Of a DNA stretch of 32,000 nt, positions 1 through 9,307 are shown piece after piece; position 1 is the stretch's first letter, and each line of letters starts with the position of its first letter. The notes under the pieces are model-generated. The model saw only the letters and a list, made by a program, of their open reading frames with translations, was not told the DNA's origin and did not search any database. The DNA comes from Thiocystis violascens DSM 198 (GTDB lineage: Bacteria; Pseudomonadota; Gammaproteobacteria; Chromatiales; Chromatiaceae): assembly GCF_000227745.2 (NCBI RefSeq), contig NC_018012.1:3499412-3531411 (forward strand), written 5' to 3'. The translations under genes were made by a program, and so were the position numbers.

Positions 1-110
1 TCGCCGTTTTCGGCAATGGCGACGGTATAGCCCTCGTCCTCCAGGATTTCCTGGACCAGGCCGCGAATGTCGGGCTCGTCGTCCACCACCAGGATGTGTG
101 TTGCGCTCAT
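1..110 (-). CDS. ntrX: NtrX-like response regulator, first ~36 codons only (gene runs off the left edge)
   Basis: The reverse complement of 1..110 reads MSATHILVVDDEPDIRGLVQEILEDEGYTVAIAENG, a canonical receiver-domain N-terminus. Its ATG (108-110) overlaps the stop of the upstream kinase gene (107-109) as ATGA. It sits directly after an NtrY-like kinase. Confidence 0.7.
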   Translation of the reverse strand, partial: MSATHILVVDDEPDIRGLVQEILEDEGYTVAIAENG

Positions 111-2341
111 GGGTGTGTGTCTTGCTCCAGACGTTGGTTCGTGCGCAGGGCGGCTTGCCAGACCGGCAGTCGGATCCTGATCAAGGCGCCCTCGCCGGTG
201 TTTTCAGCCGCGATCATACCGCCGTGCTCCTCAATAATCTTCTTGACGATGGCCAGCCCAAGTCCTGTCCCCTTCGCTTTGGTGGTGACATAGGGCTCGA
301 AGAGCCGCTCCAGCAGGTGCGCCTCGAAACCGGGACCGTTATCGGTTACGGTGAGCTGTACCGCAGAGCCGGCCTCCACTTGAGAGACGTCTGGCGCCAG
401 TTCGTCGATCACGTCCGTGGTCACGCCGATGCGTGCGTTGGCGCGGCCTTCCAATGCCTCCTGCGCGTTTTTGATGAGGTTGTGGATCAATTGACGCAGC
501 CGCAGCGGATCGCCGCGAACTTGAACCCCCGCCGCGTTCAGACCGATGTGCAGCGCGGGCGTCCCGGCACTGCGATAAAGATCCAGAACCTCCTGAATCA
601 ACCGATCGAGAAGCAGTGGCTCGCGCTGGATCCGGGGGCCGCGCGCATAGTCCGAAAAATCGTTGACCATGGCCTTCATGGCCTCGACCTGCGCGATGAT
701 GGTGCCGGTGGCGCGGTCGATGATTCTGGCATCGGCCTCGTCGGCCTTGGACAGCAGCTTGTGACGGAGCCGTTCGGCGGAGAGTTGAATAGGTGTGAGC
801 GGATTCTTGATCTCGTGAGCCAGGCGTCGCGCCACCTCGCCCCAGGCGGCATTGCGCTGGGCGGTGATGAGCGAGGTGATGTCGTCGAAGACCACCACAT
901 GACCGCGCTGCTCGGAATCCGGAAGAGGCAGGGGACTGCCGCGACACAGCAGCGTCTGGTTGCCTTCGCCGCGTTGCAGGATCACCTCGGCACGCCAGGC
1001 ATCGCCAGCGGCGAGGTGACGGCGGACGGTTTCGGTCCAGGGGGTGAGACAGGGCTGCTCGCGCTCGATCCGTTCGAGCGTCGGACCCGCGTCCTCGGCG
1101 AAGTTCAACGTCAGAATCTTGCGCGCGGCGGGATTCGCGGTGCGTAGACATTGGCTTTCATCGAAGGCCACGACACCCGAGGAGAGACGCCCGAGCACGG
1201 TTTCGAGATAGTTGCGTTGGGTCTCGACCGCCAGTTTGCTACGCGCGGCCTCGTCGCGCGCCCGGGCGATCCGGCGTGACATGGCATTGAACGAAGCGAC
1301 CAGAAAGGTGATTTCGTCGTCATGTCCCGGCAGCGGTATCTGCTGCTCGTAGTTGCCTTCCGCGATGGCGCGGGTGCCGCGAGCGATATCCGCCACCGGC
1401 GCGACCAGCCGGCGCGCGGTATGAAAGGCCGCGATCAAGGCGGCCATGAGGCCGAACAGGAGCACCAGCGACAGGGTCAGCGAAAAGCTGAATTTGAGTG
1501 ACTGGCGCAGATAGGCCAGCTCGGTGTAGCGATTGTAAGCCTCTTCGAGACGCGCGGAGAGTTCGCTGATGCGCGCGGAGGTCGGGAAGATCGCCTGCAT
1601 CTGCATCTCGCGGCCGCCGGGGTCGTTGACCAGCGCGCGCACCACCAGTTCGTCGCCGGGGCCGCTTTCCAGTCCGACATAATTGTTGCCGGCGCGCACG
1701 CTCTGCTGAATCTCGCGCTCGGCGTGGTCGGGAACCAGTTGCGTGGGATCCTCGTTGGCCGTGCCTAAAACCTGGCCGCCTGGCCCATAGACGGTCAATT
1801 CGATGGCGCCAGCCTGACGGCGCCGATGATTGAGGCTGAGCGCGATCGCGGTCGCCGAACGGTCCTCGATACCGGCGAGCAGTTGCTCGGTGTATTTGCC
1901 GAGCACCCGCTGATTGAGATCGAGCGAGGCCTGATTCAGCAGCAGCGCATCCTGCATGGCGCGTCCGATCTCGACATCGAACCAGCTATCGATCCCGCGC
2001 AGGAGAAAGCCGAGCGAGAAATAGTAGACCACGCCAACCGGCAGCAGCGAGATGAGCGCGAACAGGGTGACGATGCGCGCGGTCAGTCGCGATCCGGCCG
2101 CCTGGCGGCGATGGCGCCGGACCAGTTTGACCACGTTGACCGCCACCAGCACGGCCAGCACCAGAAGCCCGGCCAGGACCGCGAACAGCAGCGGCACGAA
2201 GGCGCGGCTGAGCGCCTCGGAGTTCTGCACCGCGTCGCGCATCAGCACCAGTACCACGAACAATCCGACGATCAGTCCGGCGACTGGCAGTATTCCGAGT
2301 TCGCGCAGTCGCATCAGGGGCTTAGCGGCCACTTGCTCCAC
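107..2341 (-). CDS. ntrY: NtrY-like sensor histidine kinase (TM segments, HAMP, PAS, HisKA, HATPase_c)
   Basis: 744-aa ORF. It has N-terminal hydrophobic segments, a HAMP-like stretch (ARRLVAPVADIARGTRAIAEGNY), an H-box (VARRLAHEIKNPLTPIQLSAERL), and N/G boxes (LIHNLIKNAQEAL, DNGPGF, GTGLGLAIVKKIIEEHGG). An alternative start at 2314 (MRLRELG) would overlap the DUF4390 stop by 1 nt (TGATG). Confidence 0.85.
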   Translation of the reverse strand: MEQVAAKPLMRLRELGILPVAGLIVGLFVVLVLMRDAVQNSEALSRAFVPLLFAVLAGLLVLAVLVAVNVVKLVRRHRRQAAGSRLTARIVTLFALISLLPVGVVYYFSLGFLLRGIDSWFDVEIGRAMQDALLLNQASLDLNQRVLGKYTEQLLAGIEDRSATAIALSLNHRRRQAGAIELTVYGPGGQVLGTANEDPTQLVPDHAEREIQQSVRAGNNYVGLESGPGDELVVRALVNDPGGREMQMQAIFPTSARISELSARLEEAYNRYTELAYLRQSLKFSFSLTLSLVLLFGLMAALIAAFHTARRLVAPVADIARGTRAIAEGNYEQQIPLPGHDDEITFLVASFNAMSRRIARARDEAARSKLAVETQRNYLETVLGRLSSGVVAFDESQCLRTANPAARKILTLNFAEDAGPTLERIEREQPCLTPWTETVRRHLAAGDAWRAEVILQRGEGNQTLLCRGSPLPLPDSEQRGHVVVFDDITSLITAQRNAAWGEVARRLAHEIKNPLTPIQLSAERLRHKLLSKADEADARIIDRATGTIIAQVEAMKAMVNDFSDYARGPRIQREPLLLDRLIQEVLDLYRSAGTPALHIGLNAAGVQVRGDPLRLRQLIHNLIKNAQEALEGRANARIGVTTDVIDELAPDVSQVEAGSAVQLTVTDNGPGFEAHLLERLFEPYVTTKAKGTGLGLAIVKKIIEEHGGMIAAENTGEGALIRIRLPVWQAALRTNQRLEQDTHP

Positions 2342-2901
2342 CCGCTGGAGAGCTTCCAGGACGGTTTGAGATAGGCCATGGGGCGCAGCGGCAGGGGTAA
2401 TTCCTCAATGTCCAGAAAGACCTTGATCTGGATCTCGTACTCCTCTTCCTCGTCCAGTTTGTCCTGCGCGATCAGTTGCACATTCTGGAGTTCGCCTAGC
2501 GCGCGGATCGCGGCCTCACGGGTCTCGAATCCGCGTCCGCTGGTGCCCGGCAGGCGATACACCTCGTAGCGTTCGGACAATGGCTTATAGCGGATGGCGT
2601 AGCGCATCTGCCGATCCAGCAGACTGTCTTCCCACAGCCAGGCGTTGACGCGCCGGATTTGCAGATGGATGATGATCGTCAGGGGAACCCCATTGTTCAG
2701 CGCCTCCAGGGCCTCCTCGCTGAACGCCGAGTCCATGGTGGCATCCAGATAGTAGATTCCGTCCTCAAGTCGAATTTGGGATTGCCGGAACTCGAAGTCA
2801 TCTCCCGCAAGGGCGGATGACAGGATTGCCCAGGTCAGGAGCGAGAACACCAGACTCAGTGCCAGCGCGCGCCGCGACCGAGTTGCGTGTCCCCCGCTCA
2901 T
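2314..2901 (-). CDS. DUF4390-like periplasmic protein (conserved partner between rsmB and ntrY)
   Basis: Only the last 195 codons of the 471-aa track ORF look real: MSGGHATRSRRALALSLVFSLLTWAILSSALAGDDFEF... with a signal-peptide-like N-terminus. The ATG at 2899-2901 overlaps the rsmB stop (2898-2900) as ATGA. The DUF4390 assignment rests on recalled synteny and sequence, not a search. Confidence 0.75.
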   Translation of the reverse strand: MSGGHATRSRRALALSLVFSLLTWAILSSALAGDDFEFRQSQIRLEDGIYYLDATMDSAFSEEALEALNNGVPLTIIIHLQIRRVNAWLWEDSLLDRQMRYAIRYKPLSERYEVYRLPGTSGRGFETREAAIRALGELQNVQLIAQDKLDEEEEYEIQIKVFLDIEELPLPLRPMAYLKPSWKLSSGWSKWPLSP

Positions 2902-4271
2902 GCGGACACTCGCTCGATGATCGCATAGTAAAAACCGTCGCTCCCGTCCGGCGTCGGCAGCCATTGACGCCCGCGAGGGCAGGTCTGGCCTGAAGCGGTC
3001 GGCAGATCCCGTTCGCGCGCCTCCGGCTGACGGGACAGAAAAGCGGCGATCTGCTCGTGGTTTTCCTCGGCCAGCAGCGAACAGGTCGCGTAGAGCAGGC
3101 GTCCGCCGGGCGCGAGCAGGGGCCAGATGGCGTCGAGCATCGCCGCCTGCGTCGCAGCGAGTTCGGGAATATCGCGGTCGCGCCGCAGCCATTTGATGTC
3201 CGGATGGCGGCGGATCACGCCGGTGGCGGAGCAGGGGACATCGAGCAGAATGCGGTCGAAGGGGCGCTCGGTCCAGGTGCCCTGGGGAGCGGCGGCATCG
3301 GCCTGGATGACGCTGGCCGTTAGGCCGAGCCGGTCGAGGGTCGCGCGCACGGTGTCGAGCCGCGAGGCGTCGCTGTCGATGGCGATCAGATCCAAGGCAT
3401 TGTCGGCCCGCTCCAGGATGGCGGCGGTCTTGCCGCCGGGCGCGGCGCAGGCGTCGAGGACGCGCTGTCCAGGGGTAGCGTCGAGCCAGTGGGCCGCGAG
3501 TTGGGCGCCGCTGTCCTGCACCGACACGAGCCCGCGCTCGAAACCGGGGAGATCGCGGGTGGCGTGGGGGCGGTCGAGGATCAAACCCATCTCGCACCCT
3601 GGGACGGGGCGCGCGGCGATGCCGGCGGCGGCGAGTTGGTCGGCGTAATCGCTCAGGCTGGCACGTAGGCGATTGACCCGCAGGGCCATCGGTGGACGCG
3701 CGTTGCTGGCGTCGACGATGCGCTCCCAATCCTCGGGCCAGTCGCGGCGCAGGCGGGTCAGCAGCCAGTCGGGAAAGAGCCAGCGGGCGCCGGGCTCATG
3801 CTCGATCTCGGCCAGCAGGGTCTCGCGTTCGCGCAGGAACCGCCGCAGCAGCGCATTGACCAACGGTGCCTTGTCCGGCTTGCCGAGGAGGCGGCTGGCG
3901 TCGACGGTGGCCGACACGGCGGCGTGCGCCGGAATTTTCATCGCGATGAGCTGATACAGCCCGATCAGGATCAGCGCCTCCAGATCCCGGTCGGATTTCT
4001 TGACGGGGCGATTGAGCAGACGTCCGGCCAGCGCCTCCAGTCGGGGCAGCAGTCGCAGCGCCCCGTAGGTCATCTCCTGGATCAAAGGTTGATCGGCGGG
4101 CGCGCGCGCGGCCTGGGGCTGTTGGAGAACCCGCGTCAGCGATTGACCCTGATCGCGGACCCGATGCAGGTTGAGCGCGGCGGCCGCGCGCGCTTCGGCG
4201 CCAGCGGGAGTGCCTGGACTTGCGTGCTGTCCAGGATCAACCAAGCCGCAGCCCGTCCAGGTGTCGTGCAT
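2898..4271 (-). CDS. rsmB: 16S rRNA (cytosine967-C5)-methyltransferase RsmB/Sun
   Basis: 457-aa ORF with a NusB-like N-domain (LIQEMTYGALRLLPRLE, LILIGLYQL) and SAM-MTase motifs (VLDACAAPGGKT, ILLDVPCSATGVIRRHPD, GGRLLYATCS). The start is uncertain. ATG 4271 overlaps fmt by 35 nt, and a TTG at 4244 would give an 8-nt overlap. Confidence 0.9.
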   Translation of the reverse strand: MHDTWTGCGLVDPGQHASPGTPAGAEARAAAALNLHRVRDQGQSLTRVLQQPQAARAPADQPLIQEMTYGALRLLPRLEALAGRLLNRPVKKSDRDLEALILIGLYQLIAMKIPAHAAVSATVDASRLLGKPDKAPLVNALLRRFLRERETLLAEIEHEPGARWLFPDWLLTRLRRDWPEDWERIVDASNARPPMALRVNRLRASLSDYADQLAAAGIAARPVPGCEMGLILDRPHATRDLPGFERGLVSVQDSGAQLAAHWLDATPGQRVLDACAAPGGKTAAILERADNALDLIAIDSDASRLDTVRATLDRLGLTASVIQADAAAPQGTWTERPFDRILLDVPCSATGVIRRHPDIKWLRRDRDIPELAATQAAMLDAIWPLLAPGGRLLYATCSLLAEENHEQIAAFLSRQPEARERDLPTASGQTCPRGRQWLPTPDGSDGFYYAIIERVSA

Positions 4272-5193
4272 TGAGGAAATCCGTTGCGCTCATGGGTTTT
4301 TTCCCGGCGGGCTGAAGACGGGTGATGCGCAGCGTGCCCCGGCTGGTCGCCACGATGATGCCGGTTTTGTCGGTGGCGACGACCTCTCCGGGAGCGGCCG
4401 GGGGCGTCGCCCCCTCGTCGGCCTCGGCATCCCAGACGCGCAGGACCGCGCCGTCCAGGCTGGTCTGCGCGACCGGCCAGGGGTCGAAGGCGCGCACCTG
4501 ACGCTCGATGGCGTCGGCGGGTTGGGTCCAGTCGATGCGCGCCTCCTCCTTGGTGAGCTTACGCGCGTAGGTCGCGAGCGCGTCGTCCTGGGGCTCGGGG
4601 ACGGACGAACCGTCGAGAACCCCCGGGAGCGCCGCGAGCAGTGCGCTGGCGCCCAGGGTCGCGAGCCGGTCATGGAGACTGCCGCCGGTTTCGCGCGGGC
4701 CGATCGGCGTCTCGACGCGATGATAGACTGGACCGGTGTCGAGACCGGCTTCCATCCCCATGATGCAGACCCCGGCAAGCGCGTCCCCGGCGAGTACCGC
4801 GCGCTGGATCGGCGCCGCGCCGCGCCAGCGCGGGAGCAGCGAGGCATGCACGTTGAGACAGCCGAGACGGGGCGCTTCCAGAACCGCGACCGGGAGAAGC
4901 AGCCCATAGGCCACCACCACCATCAGGTCGGCATCGAGTGCGCGCAGTTGGGTCACCGCGTCGGCGTCCCGTTTCAGGCTTTCGGGCTGAAAAACCGGGA
5001 TGGCACGGGCCTGGGCCAGCGCCTTGACCGGGCTCGCCTGGAGCTTTTGTCCGCGTCCGGCCGGGCGGTCCGGCTGCGTGTAGACCGCGACGACGTCCAG
5101 TCCGGCGTCCAGCAGGGCGGCGAGACTCGGGACCGCGAACTCGGGCGTTCCCGCGAAGATCACTCGGGTGTTGTTCATCGCGGGGTAGGCCAT
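4237..5193 (-). CDS. fmt: Methionyl-tRNA formyltransferase
   Basis: Motifs RVIFAGTPEFAVPSL, VYTQPDRPAGRG, LNVHASLLPRWRGAAPIQRA, plus def-fmt-rsmB synteny. The start may instead be the ATG at 5178 (MNNTRVIFAGTPEF). Confidence 0.95.
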   Translation of the reverse strand: MAYPAMNNTRVIFAGTPEFAVPSLAALLDAGLDVVAVYTQPDRPAGRGQKLQASPVKALAQARAIPVFQPESLKRDADAVTQLRALDADLMVVVAYGLLLPVAVLEAPRLGCLNVHASLLPRWRGAAPIQRAVLAGDALAGVCIMGMEAGLDTGPVYHRVETPIGPRETGGSLHDRLATLGASALLAALPGVLDGSSVPEPQDDALATYARKLTKEEARIDWTQPADAIERQVRAFDPWPVAQTSLDGAVLRVWDAEADEGATPPAAPGEVVATDKTGIIVATSRGTLRITRLQPAGKKPMSATDFLNARHLDGLRLG

Positions 5194-5302
5194 TGCATCG
5201 ACTGACCGCCGGAGCCCCGGCCAACATCCCGACTCGGAGCGCGCCGGCGGCGGATGCGCAAAGGCGCGCTTCGCGTCGAATCTCTGCGATGACCGGCCCG
5301 CA

Positions 5303-5839
5303 TCAGAGGATGCCCCGTCGCGGTTCGCCGGCTGGTGCCGCGGACTGTCGTTGATCCTTCTCCAGCTTGCGTCGAATGCGCTGACGCTTGAGCATCGAGA
5401 TATGGTCGACGAAGAGTTTCCCCGCCAGGTGGTCGATCTCGTGCTGGATGCAGACCGCGAGCAGTCCGTCGGCGTCCAGGGTAAAGGGCTCGCCCGCGCG
5501 GTCGAGCGCCTGGACGCTGACCCGCTCGGCGCGGGTGACCGTTTCGTAAAAGCCCGGCACGGAGAGACAGCCCTCGTCCATCTGCTCCGTGCCTTCCAGC
5601 GACAGGATCCGGGGATTGATCAGGCACAGTGGCGTGTCATGGCGTTCGGAGGTGTCGATCACCAGCACCTGGAGCGGGACATCGACCTGGGTAGCCGCCA
5701 AGCCGATACCTGGCGCGGCGTACATGGTTTCCAGCATGTCATCGACCAAGCGCTGGATCGCGGCGTCGACGTGCTCCACGGGCCGTGCCTTATGGCGCAG
5801 CCGGGGGTCGGGAAAGGTAAGGATATCGAGCTTAGCCAT
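5303..5839 (-). CDS. def: Peptide deformylase
   Basis: [21 protein letters not shown]..., with [17 protein letters not shown] and [11 protein letters not shown] metal-binding motifs. I chose the ATG at 5837-5839 over the longer track ORF, which runs to 5947. Confidence 0.95.
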   Translation of the reverse strand: MAKLDILTFPDPRLRHKARPVEHVDAAIQRLVDDMLETMYAAPGIGLAATQVDVPLQVLVIDTSERHDTPLCLINPRILSLEGTEQMDEGCLSVPGFYETVTRAERVSVQALDRAGEPFTLDADGLLAVCIQHEIDHLAGKLFVDHISMLKRQRIRRKLEKDQRQSAAPAGEPRRGIL

Positions 5840-5967
5840 CTTTGCGAGTTTGCAGTAAACGAGTGGAATAGACAGAGTCGCGTGCGCTACTATCGGTAAG
5901 AATACCACACCACCTTGATGGGGGCGGGTGAATCCCGTTTCGACCACCCCGGAGGTTTCGTTGCGCC

Positions 5968-7176
5968 ATGATCAGCCGTTTCGCCATCACTGCCCTACTT
6001 GCCGGCATCCTGCTTCTGCTGTCCACCGTGGCGCTTGCCGTCGAACTGGCGCCCGATGCGCCGCAGACCTATGTCGTGCGTTCGGGCGATACGCTCTGGG
6101 ACATCGCCGGGCGGTTTCTGCGCGACCCCTGGCGCTGGTCGGAGGTCTGGCAGGCCAACGAGGGCCTAGACGATCCTGATCTCATCTACCCCGGCGATGT
6201 GCTCCAGTTGACGATGGTCGACGGGCAACCGCGGATCGGGGTGGCGCGTGGCGGCAGTTCGGCGTCCGGATCCCGCGACGGCATGCGGGTGGTGCGACTG
6301 AGCCCGCAGGTTCGCGCGTCTTCGCTCAAGGAGGCGGTGCCGACGATCAGGATCGCCTCGATCGCACCCTTCCTGACCCAGCCCTATGTGGCGGACTCGG
6401 ATCAGATCGAGCGCGCCTCCTATGTCGTGGGTTTCCCGGACGAACATCTGGTGGCGGGTTTGCACGACTCCATCTACGTGCGCCGAATCCGTTCCAACCA
6501 GCAGACGAATTTCCAGATTCTCCGGCCCGGAGACGCGCTGCGCGATCCCGACACCAACGAAATCCTGGGCTACGAGGCGCTCTTTGTCGCCAACGCCGCG
6601 CTGGAGCGTGTCGGCGATCCGGCCAAACTTCAGGTCGTGCGCTCGGAACGCGAGGTGTCCATCGGCGATCGCGTGATCCCCGCCAGTGTCGAGAAACCGC
6701 TCGAGAATTTTTACCCGCGACCCGCGCCGGCGGGAACCAGGGGCCGCATCCTGTCGGTGCTCAACGGCGTCTCGCAGATCGGTCAATTCGATGTCGTCGT
6801 CCTCAATCGCGGAACCCGTGACCGCATCGAACCGGGCCATGTCTTCGAGGCATTCGTCGGCGGTACCAAGCAACGCGATCAGGTGCGCGGCGGCAGTATC
6901 GTCTCCAACTGGCGCAGCGAGAGCCCCTTGTCGACCGAGTTCTGGTACGGTCGCGATTTCGAGAACAAGGGCTGGCGTCGCGACGAGCCCTCCCCGAACG
7001 CACCCTTGCCGCTCCACGCGGATTTCCGCAGGAAGAACGCGCAGTTCGTCGCACCCTTTGAACGCGCGGGCGTCCTGATGGTCTTCCGGACCTTCGAGCG
7101 GGTGAGCTTCGCCCTGGTGCTGAATGCCCAGCGCGCCTTCACGGTTGGCGACCAGGTCGCGCCACCGCCCTCTTGA
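5968..7176 (+). CDS. tsaP: LysM peptidoglycan-binding protein, TsaP-like (type IV pilus secretin-associated family)
   Basis: Signal peptide ([24 protein letters not shown]) followed by a LysM motif ([30 protein letters not shown]...IYPGDVL). Its position between def and dprA is the conserved locus of TsaP homologues. The symbol rests on synteny and domain only. Confidence 0.7.
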   Translation: MISRFAITALLAGILLLLSTVALAVELAPDAPQTYVVRSGDTLWDIAGRFLRDPWRWSEVWQANEGLDDPDLIYPGDVLQLTMVDGQPRIGVARGGSSASGSRDGMRVVRLSPQVRASSLKEAVPTIRIASIAPFLTQPYVADSDQIERASYVVGFPDEHLVAGLHDSIYVRRIRSNQQTNFQILRPGDALRDPDTNEILGYEALFVANAALERVGDPAKLQVVRSEREVSIGDRVIPASVEKPLENFYPRPAPAGTRGRILSVLNGVSQIGQFDVVVLNRGTRDRIEPGHVFEAFVGGTKQRDQVRGGSIVSNWRSESPLSTEFWYGRDFENKGWRRDEPSPNAPLPLHADFRRKNAQFVAPFERAGVLMVFRTFERVSFALVLNAQRAFTVGDQVAPPPS

Positions 7177-8359
7177 TCGCGTCTTGAGTCCGCGCTCGAA
7201 TCCGCTGGACGCGCCGCTCGACGCCTGGCTCGCCTTGGCCAATGCGCCAGGGATCGGTCCGCGCACCGTCGCCAGACTGATCGAGCACTTCGGCAGTCCC
7301 GTCGCGGTTCTGCGCGCCTCCCCCGAACGGCTTGCCGCCGCGGGCCTGAAGCCGGCAAGCGTGGCGGCCCTCAAGCAGCCGGATCCGGACGCTCTCGCGG
7401 CCGTGCTGGACTGGTCGGCTCAGCCCGATGCCCATATCCTCACCCTTGCCGATCCCCGGTATCCCCCGCTGCTCGCCGAGATCCACGATGCGCCCCCGCT
7501 GCTCTATGTGCGCGGCGATGCCGGTCTGCTCGCCGAACCCCAGATCGCCATCGTCGGCAGCCGCAATCCCACGCCGGGCGGACTTGAGACCACCCGGGAG
7601 TTCGCCCGGCAGTTGGTCGGTTTCGGATTGATCGTCACCAGCGGTCTGGCGCTTGGCGTCGACGGTGCCGCACATGCCGCCGCCCTGGCGGGAGGCGGGC
7701 GAACCGTCGCGGTGCTTGGGACCGGACCCGACCGCGTCTATCCCGCGGTCCATCGGGATCTGGCCCGCCGGATCGCCGACACGGGCGCGGGCGCTCTGGT
7801 TAGCGAGTTTCCGCCGGGGCAGGGGCCGCTGGCCCGAAATTTTCCACGTCGCAACCGACTCATCAGCGGATTGAGTCTGGGGGTGCTGGTCACGGAGGCG
7901 GCCCTGAAAAGCGGATCCCTGATTACCGCCCGTACCGCGCTCGAACAGGGGCGCGAGGTGTTCGCCGTGCCGGGATCGATCCGCAACCCGCTGGCGCGGG
8001 GCTGTCACGCGCTGATTCGCGATGGTGCCAGGCTGGTCGAATCCGCCCAGGAAATTCTGGTGGAACTGGCGCCACTGCTGCATTGTGCGCTGGCGGCACC
8101 AGACTCGGCCCTCGCGGCGACCGCGGCCACTGCCGTGGATCTGACGGAGGCGGAAGCGGCGCCAGATCTGTCGGTATCCCTTGACGCGGAGTCGCAGCGG
8201 TTGCTGAATTCCATGGGGTTCGACCCGGTTGCCCCGGATGAATTGATCGAGCGCAGCGGGTTGCCTGCCCAGCGCGTTGCCGCCATGTTGTTGGTTCTCG
8301 AATTGAGCGGTCATGTATCATCGGCCCCTGGAGGACGCTATCACCGTTCTCGCGCCTAA
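7124..8359 (+). CDS. dprA: DNA-processing protein A (DprA/Smf)
   Basis: Motifs LANAPGIGPRTVARLIEHFGSP, IAIVGSRNPTPGG, SGLALGVDGAAHAAAL, RNRLISGLSLGVLVTEAALKSGSLITA, and a C-terminal winged-helix-like tail. The ATG at 7124 overlaps the LysM gene by 53 nt. A TTG at 7184 is an alternative start. Confidence 0.9.
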   Translation: MPSAPSRLATRSRHRPLDRVLSPRSNPLDAPLDAWLALANAPGIGPRTVARLIEHFGSPVAVLRASPERLAAAGLKPASVAALKQPDPDALAAVLDWSAQPDAHILTLADPRYPPLLAEIHDAPPLLYVRGDAGLLAEPQIAIVGSRNPTPGGLETTREFARQLVGFGLIVTSGLALGVDGAAHAAALAGGGRTVAVLGTGPDRVYPAVHRDLARRIADTGAGALVSEFPPGQGPLARNFPRRNRLISGLSLGVLVTEAALKSGSLITARTALEQGREVFAVPGSIRNPLARGCHALIRDGARLVESAQEILVELAPLLHCALAAPDSALAATAATAVDLTEAEAAPDLSVSLDAESQRLLNSMGFDPVAPDELIERSGLPAQRVAAMLLVLELSGHVSSAPGGRYHRSRA

Positions 8360-8495
8360 CCCGCGTCAGCGATGACGCCGGCCGGTTCATGCAGCGCCTG
8401 TCATGCCGGTCGCGATCCAGTCATGAGCGGTCATGGCATTGTTTGACGATTGTCTCTGTCGGCCTGACGGCCGATGCCCTCCACGAGGTTGGTTG

Positions 8496-8972
8496 ATGTA
8501 CGAAAACATGGTCGATGTGTTGATCTATCTCTATGAGAATTATATGGACGGCGAGAGTCAGCCCCCGGTCGACCAAAGCGATCTGGAAGACGAACTGTCA
8601 GAGGCGGGTTTCAGCAAGACAGAGATCGACAAGGCGTTGCTTTGGCTCGACGAATTGGCCGTCGGTGTCGACGCGCCTCAGTCCCACGACCATGCCGTGG
8701 GCTCGTTGCGTCTCTACTGCGAGGTCGAATGCGCCAAGCTGGATGTGGAGGCGCGCGGACTGCTTCTGTTTCTGGAACAGAGTGGAATCCTCGATCCGGC
8801 CAGTCGTGAGCTGGCGATCGACCGTCTGCTGGCGATCGATCACCCGCTGGTCACGGTCGATGAGGTCAAATGGGTGGTGCTGCTGGTGCTCATGAATCGC
8901 CCAGGCCGGGAAGATGCCTTCACCCAGATGGAAGACATGGTCTATAACGAAGAGCCCGTGTATCTGCATTAA
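8496..8972 (+). CDS. smg: Smg protein (DUF494)
   Basis: MYENMVDVLIYLYENYMDGE... is the typical Smg N-terminus. A GAGG Shine-Dalgarno lies 7 nt upstream of ATG 8496. dprA-smg-topA synteny supports the call. Confidence 0.9.
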   Translation: MYENMVDVLIYLYENYMDGESQPPVDQSDLEDELSEAGFSKTEIDKALLWLDELAVGVDAPQSHDHAVGSLRLYCEVECAKLDVEARGLLLFLEQSGILDPASRELAIDRLLAIDHPLVTVDEVKWVVLLVLMNRPGREDAFTQMEDMVYNEEPVYLH

Positions 8973-9055
8973 ACCGCGTCCAGAGCGATCTGCGTCATTT
9001 TCATTTTGTGTCTGGCCTTTGGGGTTTTTGCGGAATCCGTGGAGACGCGGTTTAA
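8969..9055. repeat. 87-bp element, unit 1: 12-bp perfect terminal inverted repeats TTAAACCGCGTC / GACGCGGTTTAA around a 63-nt interior
   Basis: Read directly: 8969-8980 and 9044-9055 are exact reverse complements. The left terminus overlaps the smg stop codon (8970-8972). Confidence 0.8.
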
Positions 9056-9075
9056 AATTTTTAATTTTTCATGTT

Positions 9076-9162
9076 TTAAACCGCGCCAGCTCCGACAGTT
9101 GTGGATGCTGCCGAGATGGATCCAATCCAAAAACATCGCATACCATGCTGGGCGCGGTTTAA
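9076..9162. repeat. 87-bp element, unit 2 (inverted relative to unit 1): TTAAACCGCGCC / GGCGCGGTTTAA around a 63-nt interior
   Basis: 9076-9087 and 9151-9162 are exact reverse complements with the same 63-nt spacing. The interior aligns to the reverse complement of the unit 1 interior at about 55% identity in its first half. Confidence 0.8.
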
Positions 9163-9307
9163 TCCTGTCCATTTTGAAGCCTTTGGCATGGGTATAAACT
9201 TTCCCGGAAATCGCCTTAATTCGTGCGCGGCAAGGTAGATCGCCCTAGACGCGGCTCAAAATCGGTTTACCCTAGAAAAATCGCGCCACCTCCGACCAGA
9301 AGACCAC

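Noticed and set aside
98-1147. Long ORFs antisense to, or out of frame with, ntrY: 98..1147 (+), 339..1151 (-), 1826..2374 (+). Similar long shadow ORFs occur elsewhere: 6166..7374, 7139..8314, 9920..11368, 11942..12931, 12349..13248, 17098..18264, 18261..19607, 20881..22083, 25619..26692, 25783..26658, 26615..27685, 29339..30517.
   Set aside because: Their translations are Arg/Gly/Pro/Ala-rich low-complexity strings with no motifs. Each overlaps a gene with clear family signatures. Long stop-free shadow frames are expected in ~65% GC DNA.
2902-3729. Upstream 276 codons of the 471-aa track ORF 2314..3729.
   Set aside because: This part is an out-of-frame overlap with rsmB and translates to R/P-rich junk. 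Only the last 195 codons (from ATG 2901) have a signal peptide and a globular sequence.
4994-5010. Sigma54-like TGGCACGGGCCTGGGC.
   Set aside because: The -12 element is TGGGC rather than TTGC[AT]. The site lies inside fmt on the antisense strand with no downstream gene to serve.
8969-9162. Considered whether the repeated units form a CRISPR array.
   Set aside because: There are only two units, they are in inverted orientation with internal terminal inverted repeats, their interiors are related rather than unique spacers, and the window has no cas genes.
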